A stretch of 64,000 bases of DNA from Opitutia bacterium (GTDB lineage Bacteria; Verrucomicrobiota; Verrucomicrobiia; Opitutales; Seribacteraceae): NCBI GenBank assembly GCA_002722545.1, contig PBMI01000055.1, positions 4,692 to 68,691 on the forward strand, in the 5' to 3' direction. The translations under genes were made by a program, and so were the position numbers. Below, one piece after another: positions 9,795-19,213 of this stretch. The notes beneath the pieces were generated by a model. That model saw nothing but the letters and a program-made list of their open reading frames with translations, searched no databases and was not told the origin of the DNA. The first letter of the stretch is position 1. Each line of letters begins with the position of its first letter.

Positions 9795-10553
9795 ATGGTC
9801 GACCACCCCGCAGCATGCTGTCGCGTGTGCGGCACGGCTGTGCTGCCACTTGCACAGGCAGAGGTGACGATACAGACGGAACAAATGATGCACCTCACGG
9901 CCGATGTGCCATCCGCGTACGACGAGCGCGTGCGTGTCGAACTACACCACAAGGCGGGCCTGCATGGCTTTGGCAAGCAAAAGGTGCGCAAACACTATAA
10001 GATTTACTGTCGCGTCTGCGACAACAACCTCGGCAACGTGCAGCAGCTGGAGTCATCAAATGGTGGCTTTCAAAGGCCGCTGTGGTTTCTCAAGACGCGC
10101 GGCGTTGGATTTCGGCGGTGCCCGGCCGACGATGCTTCCGTCGTGCGCATCCTACCACGCGCGCAGGGCTTTTACAAGTTTGTCACGCAAGAGGGCATTG
10201 CAAATGCGATTCACCAGCTGCCCATCAAGCTGCCAGCGGAACACTGCGCGCACTACAAGCCTGACGGCGTGTTTGCACTCGAAGGCGCTCTGGCGATCGC
10301 GCCAGAAGACGAGATCGACGCGGTGCTTGACAAGCTGGCCAATGCGCGCATTTCCAACCCCGACCCTCCCACTCCGCAGGAGCATCGCAAGGCCGTGCAG
10401 GACGTCACGCGTGCCTTTGTCAGCGCACGCCCCCCACGGCGGCGGCGGCCTGCAACTGGCGATTATTGGCAGTGGACACACGAGGAGACGGCCAACCGGC
10501 AGGTGGACGCCTTTGAATCAATGACGCGCAGGGGTGAGGCGCTGCTCAAGTAG
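9795..10553 (+). CDS. Zinc-binding beta-tent protein (RIG-I/MDA5 C-terminal domain, Yippee/CULT-like)
   Basis: Two distant CxxC pairs: CCRVCG and KIYCRVCDNNLG. Upstream motif at 9754. Confidence 0.5.
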   Translation: MVDHPAACCRVCGTAVLPLAQAEVTIQTEQMMHLTADVPSAYDERVRVELHHKAGLHGFGKQKVRKHYKIYCRVCDNNLGNVQQLESSNGGFQRPLWFLKTRGVGFRRCPADDASVVRILPRAQGFYKFVTQEGIANAIHQLPIKLPAEHCAHYKPDGVFALEGALAIAPEDEIDAVLDKLANARISNPDPPTPQEHRKAVQDVTRAFVSARPPRRRRPATGDYWQWTHEETANRQVDAFESMTRRGEALLK

Positions 10554-12000
10554 CCGTCGCTTGAGGCGTGCCAGCGCGTCTGCGCTTTGCGTCTGGCGTT
10601 TCATCTGGCACCCATTGTCGCATTGTTCGGTAGACTGGTCCTCTTTTGTTCGATTGGTCGGTTTCCTCTTCGGACGATTCAAACAAGGGAGATTCGTGGA
10701 AAGGCAACCAGAGAGGCGGAGGGGCATCGCACTCCGTTTCAAGCGCGTCGTGAAATGCTTGTTTTATGCGCCCCTTGTCAAACTCTTGAGAATTGTAGCC
10801 AGTTGGGATATACGGTGCCGTGTTGAGGATTTGCACGTACTTGGAGAGGCATGGCCCGTTGGGATTGTGGTTCCAAAAGTAGATGAGACGATTTGTGGTT
10901 GCGAGCATGTGCATCTGTATCAGCAACATACTGAATCGGCCATTGCCGTCTGGGAAGTAGTGATTGCCATTGAATTGTTGAATCAGGTCGACAAGGTTTG
11001 TGAGACTTTGGTGACGCGCGTAGTCTTTCCACATTTCATTGAGCTGCTCAAGGAGCTCGGTGCGCTCCTTTGCGTTGCGCTTGATGTATATGTCCCACGC
11101 CCCGCGCCCTTTGAGGGGAGGGGAAAAGGGCGTGCTGTCCGGTAGCGTCCCGGTCGCCCGGATTTGCTTACGAACGCTCCAATACTCTTCCGCGGTCTGA
11201 ACAAAGATCATGCTCACCTCGCTGTACTTAATTCGATCGCGGAACGCGCGCAGGTCCAGAACGTCCGGATTGTACGCATTGGTAAGCCTGAACGAGTGGT
11301 AAGTGTTATCGACACCCCTGTTGCTGTGCGGGTCATTACCCCAACCAAGAAACTTCCAGCAAAGAGTTGAAAGCTGCTCAAAACTCATGTTGAATGCGTC
11401 TCCGTTTTCCCAAATGGGTTTCAATTCTTCGACGGCATTCATGAATCTGCGAAAGTACCACGGCTGGCACAGATATTCTTGAATGTAGTCTTTTGGGGGG
11501 GCGCCCTCAACGGGGCTCATGTACTGCACGTCCGTGCAGCACATGCCCCGCATCCCGGCATCCGCCACTCTCATAGAAGAAAAGTCGTAAAAGAGTTGAG
11601 CTGCTTTGTCCTTCTCGGTCGACCAAGCTTCGACAAGCTGCGCGTTTGAGAGCTCCTTCATGTAGTTCAACTGTATGGGTTTGGCAAAGTAATTGATACA
11701 CGCATAGAGGAACTCATTGCTCATGGTGATCACGCGCATCTGCTTTGTGCCTGTCGCGTACTTGAAGCTGATCGATTTGCCATCTTGGGACATCTCAACC
11801 CCTTGATCATACAAACCTGTCACCTTGTTTGCCAACATTGATCCGAGAGCCTTGCCAAGAAATTCTTGTGTAGCAGCTGCCCCCTTTTTTTCTGCAAGTT
11901 TGTACTGTTCGACATAAATTTTCACAGGCATGTCTCCAGTGTCCATGTCGATCACTGCGTTTGTTCGAACGGTCAGACCAGAAAGGTTTGGAAGTCTCAT
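10546..12000 (-). CDS. Fic/Doc-domain protein, paralogue A
   Basis: Motif HYFPDGNGRFS; extensive similarity to 53407-54831; leader MRLPNLSGL. Confidence 0.8.
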   Translation of the reverse strand: MRLPNLSGLTVRTNAVIDMDTGDMPVKIYVEQYKLAEKKGAAATQEFLGKALGSMLANKVTGLYDQGVEMSQDGKSISFKYATGTKQMRVITMSNEFLYACINYFAKPIQLNYMKELSNAQLVEAWSTEKDKAAQLFYDFSSMRVADAGMRGMCCTDVQYMSPVEGAPPKDYIQEYLCQPWYFRRFMNAVEELKPIWENGDAFNMSFEQLSTLCWKFLGWGNDPHSNRGVDNTYHSFRLTNAYNPDVLDLRAFRDRIKYSEVSMIFVQTAEEYWSVRKQIRATGTLPDSTPFSPPLKGRGAWDIYIKRNAKERTELLEQLNEMWKDYARHQSLTNLVDLIQQFNGNHYFPDGNGRFSMLLIQMHMLATTNRLIYFWNHNPNGPCLSKYVQILNTAPYIPTGYNSQEFDKGRIKQAFHDALETECDAPPPLWLPFHESPLFESSEEETDQSNKRGPVYRTMRQWVPDETPDAKRRRAGTPQATAT

Positions 12001-12084
12001 TGCAAGCACAGAAACAAGAGCCCTTTTGTTCTTGTGCTCCCCACACCTTGTGTTAAAATCACAGAGTTATCACACGCGCACGCG

Positions 12085-12270
12085 TTACACTTTGTCCCTC
12101 GGTCCAAAAATCCGCTTCCACAGCGCAAGCAAGAGGCTTTTGATCAAGCGCGGGCCGAAGAGGAATATGCGCTTGAGCATGATGAGCGGGCGAGACACGC
12201 GGTCGTAGTCGTCCGGCTTTTCGTTGTCGGGGTCCTTGGGCGGGCGCACATGCATCACGACGTCGGGCAT
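12085..12270 (-). CDS. Small hypothetical protein with amphipathic repeat (KRIFLFGPR/KRIFGPR)
   Basis: 61 aa ATG ORF in an intergenic gap, with an internal repeat. Confidence 0.45.
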   Translation of the reverse strand: MPDVVMHVRPPKDPDNEKPDDYDRVSRPLIMLKRIFLFGPRLIKSLLLALWKRIFGPRDKV

Positions 12271-12387
12271 ACGGGGTGCGGCCACGTTTTGAATCACCCC
12301 TGTATCTACCCCGTTGCGCTCACACTAGCGTGGGGGCGGCGCTTTGCAACTCGTGAACCGCATTGGCCTGGCGCAACCGCGCGCTCA

Positions 12388-14070
12388 ATGAAGCGCGCCT
12401 GTAGCAACGGCATTTTGCTTCATGCCATTGGCCACGATGGTGTAGCAATCTTTAAGCGCTTCTACGACGATTTGCGACCGGAAACCCCATCCTGGCACGG
12501 CTGCGCCATGACGGGCAACTTTGAGAGCCTTCCCACCGAGTTGTGCCAGTGCATTGTAACGCGTTTGCTCACAAGCGACGTCGCCCGCGAGTGGCAGGAC
12601 GTGCACCACTTCTTGCTCACGTGCCGCGGCGCCGCAGCCGCAGTGACGCGCGCGCACCGCTTTGAGGCGGCGGCGCGCATTTACATGCTCGGCGCACTCA
12701 GGCCGTTGCCTCTCGTGCCGGTGCACCGCGCGTACACTGAGCTATTTTACTGCTTTGTGCGCTCCCACGTTGCGTTGAAGAGCATGGTGGATACCTTTGA
12801 AGTGACCGCAACGCACTGCGCGGACCAGGCATGCTGTCAACAATCCCGCGAGGACGCCAATGCGCGCTGGAGACAAAAAGATTGGTGGAACTCGTGGGGG
12901 CGCGTCGGTTCCGCGATCGTGCACGAGGCGCTGGGCGAAGAGCACCCGGTCGTGCAGATTAGTGTTGCGGCGTCAAAAAATGCGTACCCGCTCTGCTACA
13001 CCGATCGCGGCGTTGCGATTGTGCAGCACGGTCACGCCGACGGGGCCAAGGGTGTCCTGTGTGTAGAGCGCGAGCGCTGCGACATTTTCTCTCCGGACCG
13101 CGATCTCAAGGTGAGCTTTGAAGTCCCCACCCGGGACTTTGTGTACCTTGCCGCGTCGAGCGGTACGCTTCTTGCAATCATCGTTTTGGCTGCCTTGGAA
13201 GACGACAACATCCCCATTGATTTGTACGCGGACGAGGTGGCGTTCCGGTCGAGCGACAATGGCGTACTACAGGTGTGGGACATGGCGAGCGGCGAGCGTC
13301 TCTTTGAGACGGAGGTGGAAGCCGTTGTGCACGAGCTGTGGTTGTTCGCCGATACCGTCTTCTGTTGCATGCAGTCTCTGCAGCGTGAAGAGCCCAATTT
13401 GTGGCCTTTGCGCGTGGAGCGGTTCTTGGCGAGGAGGACGAATGTGCCAAAAGCGATTCACTTGCTTGGGCTTTGCTGCGTCATACGAGACACGTGCGTG
13501 GCGCGGCACACCGGAGACCTTGCCGTTCTTGACAGCCGCGACGATTTTATAGAGATGCGCGAGAGGCTGATCTTTTACGACGCCGCACGTGCGCAGACGC
13601 GCGTCATTGACTCTTACGACCGCGTGCATGAGGGCAGGCGCAGCTTGGTGCGGATATCGCCCATGGGCGACACTCTTGTGATGCTTCGCCGCTCGGATGC
13701 CAAGCACAGGCTCATCATCTATCGTCGCAAAGAGAGAGCGGACGTCGGTGAGTGCCCCAACTTGGGGTGGGTTTGCTGGAAACACATCGAGCCGCACTGC
13801 GGGTTTCCGAACACCCTTAGCTACAAGTACATCCAATGCGCCTTTTCTCCCTGCGGTGGGAAGATGCTGTATTTTTGCCGAGACGGTGGCGGCTTGGGCG
13901 GCGAGGTGATATTGGTCGACTTGCGTGCCATGTTCAAGGGCCAAGAGCGCGCGCTCACCACAATGCCAATGCTACACGCGGCCATACCACACGACGTGTT
14001 TGCGTGGAACGACGGCGGGCTATACTTACCGACCGGTTCTCGCGGCGGCATCCTCTGCATCGGCGCGTAG
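12388..14070 (+). CDS. F-box-like protein with C-terminal beta-propeller-like region (start 12388 or 12508)
   Basis: FESLPTELCQCIVTRL is F-box-like. LQVWDMASGE, ISPMGD and AFSPCG are WD40-like blades. Upstream motif at 12344. Confidence 0.65.
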   Translation: MKRACSNGILLHAIGHDGVAIFKRFYDDLRPETPSWHGCAMTGNFESLPTELCQCIVTRLLTSDVAREWQDVHHFLLTCRGAAAAVTRAHRFEAAARIYMLGALRPLPLVPVHRAYTELFYCFVRSHVALKSMVDTFEVTATHCADQACCQQSREDANARWRQKDWWNSWGRVGSAIVHEALGEEHPVVQISVAASKNAYPLCYTDRGVAIVQHGHADGAKGVLCVERERCDIFSPDRDLKVSFEVPTRDFVYLAASSGTLLAIIVLAALEDDNIPIDLYADEVAFRSSDNGVLQVWDMASGERLFETEVEAVVHELWLFADTVFCCMQSLQREEPNLWPLRVERFLARRTNVPKAIHLLGLCCVIRDTCVARHTGDLAVLDSRDDFIEMRERLIFYDAARAQTRVIDSYDRVHEGRRSLVRISPMGDTLVMLRRSDAKHRLIIYRRKERADVGECPNLGWVCWKHIEPHCGFPNTLSYKYIQCAFSPCGGKMLYFCRDGGGLGGEVILVDLRAMFKGQERALTTMPMLHAAIPHDVFAWNDGGLYLPTGSRGGILCIGA

Positions 14071-14418
14071 CGTGGCCATGTAACCCTTGACGCCCCCGAA
14101 CTCGCGCAGGAGACCGGGCGGGCCGCGCGGCTCTGGCTCCGACCCTGCCGCAAGCAGCGGTGGTAGCGGCGCAAGTGGCGGCGGTGGCAACACGAGGCCC
14201 ACAGGCGTTGCAAAATGAATTGGCGGAGGTGCTTGCGCCGTGCCCGTTCCGGGATTGATTAGTGCATCAAGCTGAGCGAGCACGGGGTCCTGCGCCACTG
14301 CAGCCTCCGTACGCACGACCTTGGTGGGCGGCGCCGCCGCCGTCGTGCCGTTGATGAGCGCGTCGAGCTGCGCGAGGACCGGGTCGACCGGTGGGCCGTC
14401 CTCGGGCGCGCGTTTCAT
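14026..14418 (-). CDS. Pro-rich protein with duplicated DPVLAQLDALIN motif
   Basis: Exact 12-aa repeat encoded with different synonymous codons, which indicates coding constraint. Confidence 0.6.
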   Translation of the reverse strand: MKRAPEDGPPVDPVLAQLDALINGTTAAAPPTKVVRTEAAVAQDPVLAQLDALINPGTGTAQAPPPIHFATPVGLVLPPPPLAPLPPLLAAGSEPEPRGPPGLLREFGGVKGYMATLRADAEDAAARTGR

Positions 14419-14531
14419 CCAAGCCAAGACGCTGCGATCGGTGCACGGTGGCACGCACACAGCGTGGTGCATTCGTGGCGCGGGTGTGCGCACTAGCGAC
14501 GTTCCAATCAAGCAGAGGTGCGCATTGCGAA

Positions 14532-15348
14532 TAGAGGGGATCACTTTTGAAGTACAAAATTTCCTACATTACTAAACGAGCACCACCCAAGTGCTCGTTT
14601 AAAGGAGGCACTGCTCTCGGAAAACTTTAATGTATTAGAAGTAAATTGGTTGGCTGCTCTTTACAGGGGACGGGTAGAGGGGACTAATTCTTAAGATCAG
14701 AATTTCCTACATTATTAAACGAGCACCACCCAAGTGCTCGTTTAAAGAGGCCACCGCCTCCAAATGTTTTTAATGCATTAGAAGTAAATTGGTTGGCTGC
14801 TTTTAGCGGGGACGGTCAGAGGGGACCAATTTTGTTTCTTAAGGGGGTCCCCTCTAACCATCCCCACTAAAGGCTGCCAGTCAATTTACTTCTAATTCAT
14901 TAAAAAGTTTCAGGCGCGGCAGCCTCTCTAAACGAGCACTTGGGTGGTGCTCGTTTAGTAATGTAGGAAATTTTGCTCTTCAGAATTGGTCCCCCCTAAC
15001 CGTCCCCCGTAAAGAGCAGCCAACCAATTTACTTCTAATACATTAAAAGTTTCCGGGAGTCGCGGCCTCTTTAAACGAGCACTTGGGCGGTGCTCGTTTA
15101 GTAATGTAGGAAATTCTGATCTTCAGAATTGGTCCCCTCTACTCTACAACGTCTACTTCTCCTTAACAACGGGGTGCGGCACCCCGTTGTTAAGGTGAAG
15201 TAGGGAATCGCCCCCGGTAAAGCCAGCCAACCAATTTACTTTTAATGCATTAGAGTTCTCCGGCGGCGCGGGCCCCTTTAAACGAGCACTTGCTCGGTGC
15301 TCGTTTAGTAATGTAGGAGATTTTGATCCTTAGAATTGATCCCCTCTA
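14532..15348. repeat. AT-rich array of ~143 bp units forming a ~610 bp imperfect palindrome (14532-15141) plus one extra unit; candidate origin, recombination or terminus element
   Basis: TAAACGAGCAC-N7-GTGCTCGTTTA cores at 14573, 14716, 14929, 15072 and 15279. Two units are forward and three inverted; symmetry axis at 14836/14837; no ORFs inside. Confidence 0.95.
15153..15203. repeat. Long hairpin inserted in the fifth repeat unit
   Basis: CTACTTC-T-CCTTAACAACGGGGTGC-G-GCACCCCGTTGTTAAGG-T-GAAGTAG: perfect 17 bp arms extended by 7 bp after one mismatch. Confidence 0.9.
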
Positions 15349-15387
15349 AACAGCGGTTGCGCCGGGACACGCGCAGTTCTGCCACCT

Positions 15388-15399
15388 TTGCAACTGGTG
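15388..15399 (+). promoter_or_regulatory. Recurrent upstream motif A, TTGCRACTNGTG (representative copy)
   Basis: About 19 copies, mostly 30-95 nt upstream of an ATG on the coding strand (list in findings). Confidence 0.75.
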
Positions 15400-15435
15400 C
15401 GGCGTGCATGCCAACCCACAACGCGCCGGGCAACC

Positions 15436-18400
15436 ATGTCGGACTCCGACGCCTCTGAGGATCTCGACCTGGGGGAACTCATCCTACCGCCCGCGTTGCC
15501 TCCGGGCAGCGCGCCTGCTAAGCCGGTGCCGCTGCAGCCCTGGTTCTTGTCCAAGGGCACAAAACGGCTTGTGACGGGTGCACCCAAGTGCACCCAAAAG
15601 CACAGCAACGTGCCTGGCAAGCAATCCGCGGCTGCGCTCGTTGCAAAGCCCGTGCCACAAAAAAAGCCGCTCACTCCCGAGAGGGCTGAGCAGCTCCGCA
15701 TTGATCAGGAGCACGTGGCAGTCGTGCTACAGGAGCTTCGTAACATTCGCGGGTACGTGATGCAGCGCGAGGAGGAGAACAACGCAGCATTTGCAAAGGG
15801 CGAGTATCCCAAGTGGCGCTTGCTGCCCAAGCCGCGCAAGCCCGTGGCCGCAGCGGGCGGGTCGGCGCGAGGTGCGCAGACGCCGCCAGCACAATCGACA
15901 AAGACTGAGCTCGCGACGGGCAAAAAGCTCGCGCTTCACCGGCTGCTGTCGTGCGACGACGACGAGGTGCTGGAGGAAAAAGGTGCCGTGCTGGTAACGT
16001 ACGCCGAGTTCACCCGCGCGTCCAATGAAAAGGTGGACGTGGCGTTGCTCGGCCACGGCGCGGGTGGCGAGTCCGATTCGCGCCACATGATCTCGCGCAG
16101 CAACCGCGAGAGCGTCACATTCGACTACGCGCTTGAGCACGCGAAGGAGTTGGTCACATCGGTGCCGGCCTTCAATGGCGACCATCGGCTGACGGGACTG
16201 CAGCGTCTCTCGACGGCGCTCATGACGCAGGGCTGCGACAAGTCCGTGCACTTGACGGTGCGACCTCACGGCTGCGATTCATCCTACGAGTGGTCTTTGC
16301 GCCTGCCAGCGCACCGATTGCCGGCCGTGATTCTCAACAACCTCACGGTCGCCGCGGGCAAGACGCGCGCCACGATCTTTAGCACGATGCGCCACATTGC
16401 GACGGCCGAGGCCTTTGCGAAGACGCAGGCGGAGTACACGGAGAGCCGGCTTGAGGGCTTCATGCACGAGGGCAGCGGACTTTGCAAGGTGGCCTATGTC
16501 GACCCGGCGCTGACAAAGTTGGCGCGTGTGGTCATCGCGCTCGTGCCCGCTCCCGTGATGCAACAGTGGTTTGACGCATCGATGTCCCTTGCATCTACAT
16601 TCAAGGAAAACGCCTGGATTACGTGGACCGGCATCGCGCCAACCCGCACGAGTGGCGCGCGCTGTGTAGGTGGCAAAAAGAAGGGCGCGACATCGACGCC
16701 AAAAACCCTGCCTGAGGCGATCAAGCTGACGGAGGAGCGCAAGTGCGCGCTCTTCTGGGTGATGGAGGCCAACACCAAGTCGAGCTGGGCGGCGCTGTTC
16801 ACGCAGCCGGAGTACGCGTTGCCGTACCGCATCATCGACGAGGGCACGGGTGCACACCTGACGGAGCCTCGCACGAAGAAGCCGCAATCTCACTGCCGGT
16901 ACACGATCATCTGCAACGCGACGCTCGAGCAGCTCAAGGACCACACCGCTCAGCAACCCAAGCACCCGCTTCGGCGCGCAATGAACGGCCTGAACATGTC
17001 GCTCAAGTACCCGCGCCACTGCGCGGTAGCAACGCTTTCCTCGGTGCCTTCGTGGCTGCGCCTGCTAACCGGCCTTTCTATGGCACCGCTCATGCCACAG
17101 GGCATTCTCAAAATATGCATGCGCGTGAAGGTCAAGTCGCTCGCCGCTTCGCTTAAAAGGGGCTCGGACATGGTGATTACCTCTACGGAGGACCTAATTC
17201 AAGGACTCGTCCTGGACTCGAACTCGTTCATGAACGCAAAGGAGAAGGAAGAGCTGACCGCCAATTGCCACGCGATCCTCGATCGCGCCGACCCCGACAT
17301 CTCGATTGTCGACAACCTGACCAAAGCCATCGAGCAGGTGGAAAAGGATGAGCGCGCGCTCTTGCCGATGCCCGAGCCCGAGCAGATCGGCGGCCCTCTT
17401 TCGCCCGAGCAGCAGATAGTGGCCGACGGCATCCGGCGCTACCGGCGCGTCTACGGCACGATGAAGCGGCTCTTTAGCAACCTGCGCTCAGCGCTCTGCC
17501 CCGATCCACCGCCCGAGTGCCCGGTCACACTTGATGCAATCGAGCCCGAAAACGTGTGCATTCTCAGCTGCTGCACGACGCTCATCGACAAACAGTGCGT
17601 GGGGCGTCTTTCACGCTGTCCAATGTGCCGCGCGCAGATCAAGAATGTCGCGTCGGCCGCCCAGGCGGCCGACGCGCTGCAGGCGGCGAGCCAGACAAAG
17701 CAAGTCGAACCCGACGAGAAATTGTTTCCAGCAGTCGTGGTGCGCCCGGGCGACACCAACAGCCTCGTTGAGGCCTTTCGTCAAGCGGCGCTCCCCAAGT
17801 GCAACTCGTCGCTTGAGGGAGTCGTTCGGTCGCTTGAATTGGCGCTGCAATACAAGCCCACGGGACTGCGCGCGCTGCTGTGTTGCAACGTGTGGGGCAG
17901 CTCGCAAAGCTACAACTCTGCGCTCGACGAGGAGAAGAATACCCGCAAGACGTGCGCATTCCTACTCAAAGCCGTGCCACAGCTCGACAGCGTGTGCACC
18001 ATCGGCAAGGGGCCCAAGTCAAAGCTGCCGCAGTACAAGGCATTCGACGACACCAACCGCGTCCTCATCATCGACACGAGCGCGCGCAGCACCACCATGG
18101 CCGGGGTCGATCTGCCCGAGACCGACATGGTCGTCTTTGATCGTGTCAGCGAGGGTGGCTCTATCAACACCGCAAAGATCGTGCAATCGATCGGGCGCGC
18201 CATCCGCGCGCAAAAACAGAGTGTGGCCGCGGGCGTCGCAGACCACGAGTACTACCGCAAGCACGGCCACTCACGCCACGCGCCAAAAATCGTCGTGTTT
18301 GTCGACAAGGCCAAAACGTTGCCACGCAAGTCGTCGCCCGCGGCACCGTCGCCCGCGGCACCGTCGCCCGCGGCGCCGTCGTCAGAAGAATCGTCGCCAG

Positions 18401-18459
18401 TGGAGTCGTCGTCAGCGGAGTCGTCGTCGGTAGACTCCTCGTCCGGATCTGTGCCTTAG
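15436..18459 (+). CDS. Divergent SNF2-family (Rad5/Rad16-like) ATPase with embedded RING finger
   Basis: SF2 motifs AAGKT (I), LVPAPVMQQW (Ia), RIIDEG (II), NAT (III), AGVDL (V) and QSIGRAIR (VI). A RING (CPVT..CC..C..CPMCR) lies between the lobes. Confidence 0.8.
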   Translation: MSDSDASEDLDLGELILPPALPPGSAPAKPVPLQPWFLSKGTKRLVTGAPKCTQKHSNVPGKQSAAALVAKPVPQKKPLTPERAEQLRIDQEHVAVVLQELRNIRGYVMQREEENNAAFAKGEYPKWRLLPKPRKPVAAAGGSARGAQTPPAQSTKTELATGKKLALHRLLSCDDDEVLEEKGAVLVTYAEFTRASNEKVDVALLGHGAGGESDSRHMISRSNRESVTFDYALEHAKELVTSVPAFNGDHRLTGLQRLSTALMTQGCDKSVHLTVRPHGCDSSYEWSLRLPAHRLPAVILNNLTVAAGKTRATIFSTMRHIATAEAFAKTQAEYTESRLEGFMHEGSGLCKVAYVDPALTKLARVVIALVPAPVMQQWFDASMSLASTFKENAWITWTGIAPTRTSGARCVGGKKKGATSTPKTLPEAIKLTEERKCALFWVMEANTKSSWAALFTQPEYALPYRIIDEGTGAHLTEPRTKKPQSHCRYTIICNATLEQLKDHTAQQPKHPLRRAMNGLNMSLKYPRHCAVATLSSVPSWLRLLTGLSMAPLMPQGILKICMRVKVKSLAASLKRGSDMVITSTEDLIQGLVLDSNSFMNAKEKEELTANCHAILDRADPDISIVDNLTKAIEQVEKDERALLPMPEPEQIGGPLSPEQQIVADGIRRYRRVYGTMKRLFSNLRSALCPDPPPECPVTLDAIEPENVCILSCCTTLIDKQCVGRLSRCPMCRAQIKNVASAAQAADALQAASQTKQVEPDEKLFPAVVVRPGDTNSLVEAFRQAALPKCNSSLEGVVRSLELALQYKPTGLRALLCCNVWGSSQSYNSALDEEKNTRKTCAFLLKAVPQLDSVCTIGKGPKSKLPQYKAFDDTNRVLIIDTSARSTTMAGVDLPETDMVVFDRVSEGGSINTAKIVQSIGRAIRAQKQSVAAGVADHEYYRKHGHSRHAPKIVVFVDKAKTLPRKSSPAAPSPAAPSPAAPSSEESSPVESSSAESSSVDSSSGSVP

Positions 18460-18634
18460 AGGCCTCTACGCAAGAGCAAGCTTGCAAGCTTGCAACCTAG
18501 AGTCTCTTCTCTCGCTCTCTCTCCCGCGCCCTCCTCCAACCGCACACTACCTTTCCTCGTCGTGGCAAAAAAAAAGACAGCAACGGGGACGTTTGCGTGT
18601 CTGTTTGCGACTTGTGGCGCCGTGTTTGTGTGCA

Positions 18635-19150
18635 ATGCGCGACGAAGAGAGTGCACTCGAGTGTTTTATCTGCACCGAAAGCACACCACCCCTCTTCCGA
18701 TCGGAGTGCCTGTGTAGGGATCGATACGTGCACCGCGAGTGTTTTATAAAGTTGCTCGAATCGCAGACAGGCATTGCGTGCGCCGTTTGCGGCGCGCCCT
18801 ACGCAAACGTGTGGGTCAAAACAAAGCGCATCGCGCAGCTGACCAGCCCCTTTGGAGTTGTTGCGGCAATGGCGTGCATATTCACGGCTCTTGCGGGGTG
18901 CCTGATTGACACCAACTGGATCCACCGCAACGAGTATCGGGATATTCCAGAGGTGCTCGTGCTCGTCAACATGTGCATGTCGATGGGTGTGATGGGCGCT
19001 GTGGGTATCGCTGTGTACCACGTGCGGCGCTACGGTTGGCGCGGCGTGTGGAATTCGCGCTATGCCGAAAAGACGCTGTGTATGGTGGGACCAGCGCGCT
19101 CCGTGCCGCGCACAGAAACGGCGGAGCTCGAGCTTGGGCAGGTAGTGTAA
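18635..19150 (+). CDS. Membrane-anchored RING-CH (MARCH/K3-like) E3 ligase
   Basis: C4HC3 pattern CFIC..CLC..VHREC..CAVC followed by two hydrophobic helices. Confidence 0.8.
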   Translation: MRDEESALECFICTESTPPLFRSECLCRDRYVHRECFIKLLESQTGIACAVCGAPYANVWVKTKRIAQLTSPFGVVAAMACIFTALAGCLIDTNWIHRNEYRDIPEVLVLVNMCMSMGVMGAVGIAVYHVRRYGWRGVWNSRYAEKTLCMVGPARSVPRTETAELELGQVV

Positions 19151-19213
19151 AAATAAAAAGCACTTCCATCAAAAGATGAAAGCCGTGTAGTTTTTGCACA
19201 ATTGTAACAAAGG

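Noticed and set aside
11866-12387. Long N-terminal extensions in the ORF track (also 2699, 18482, 35582, 61820)
   Set aside because: They use non-ATG starts, overlap neighbouring genes and cross upstream motifs; downstream ATGs are preferred.
14532-15348. CRISPR array
   Set aside because: Sequences between the cores are homologous rather than unique spacers, orientation flips mid-array, and no cas operon is seen.
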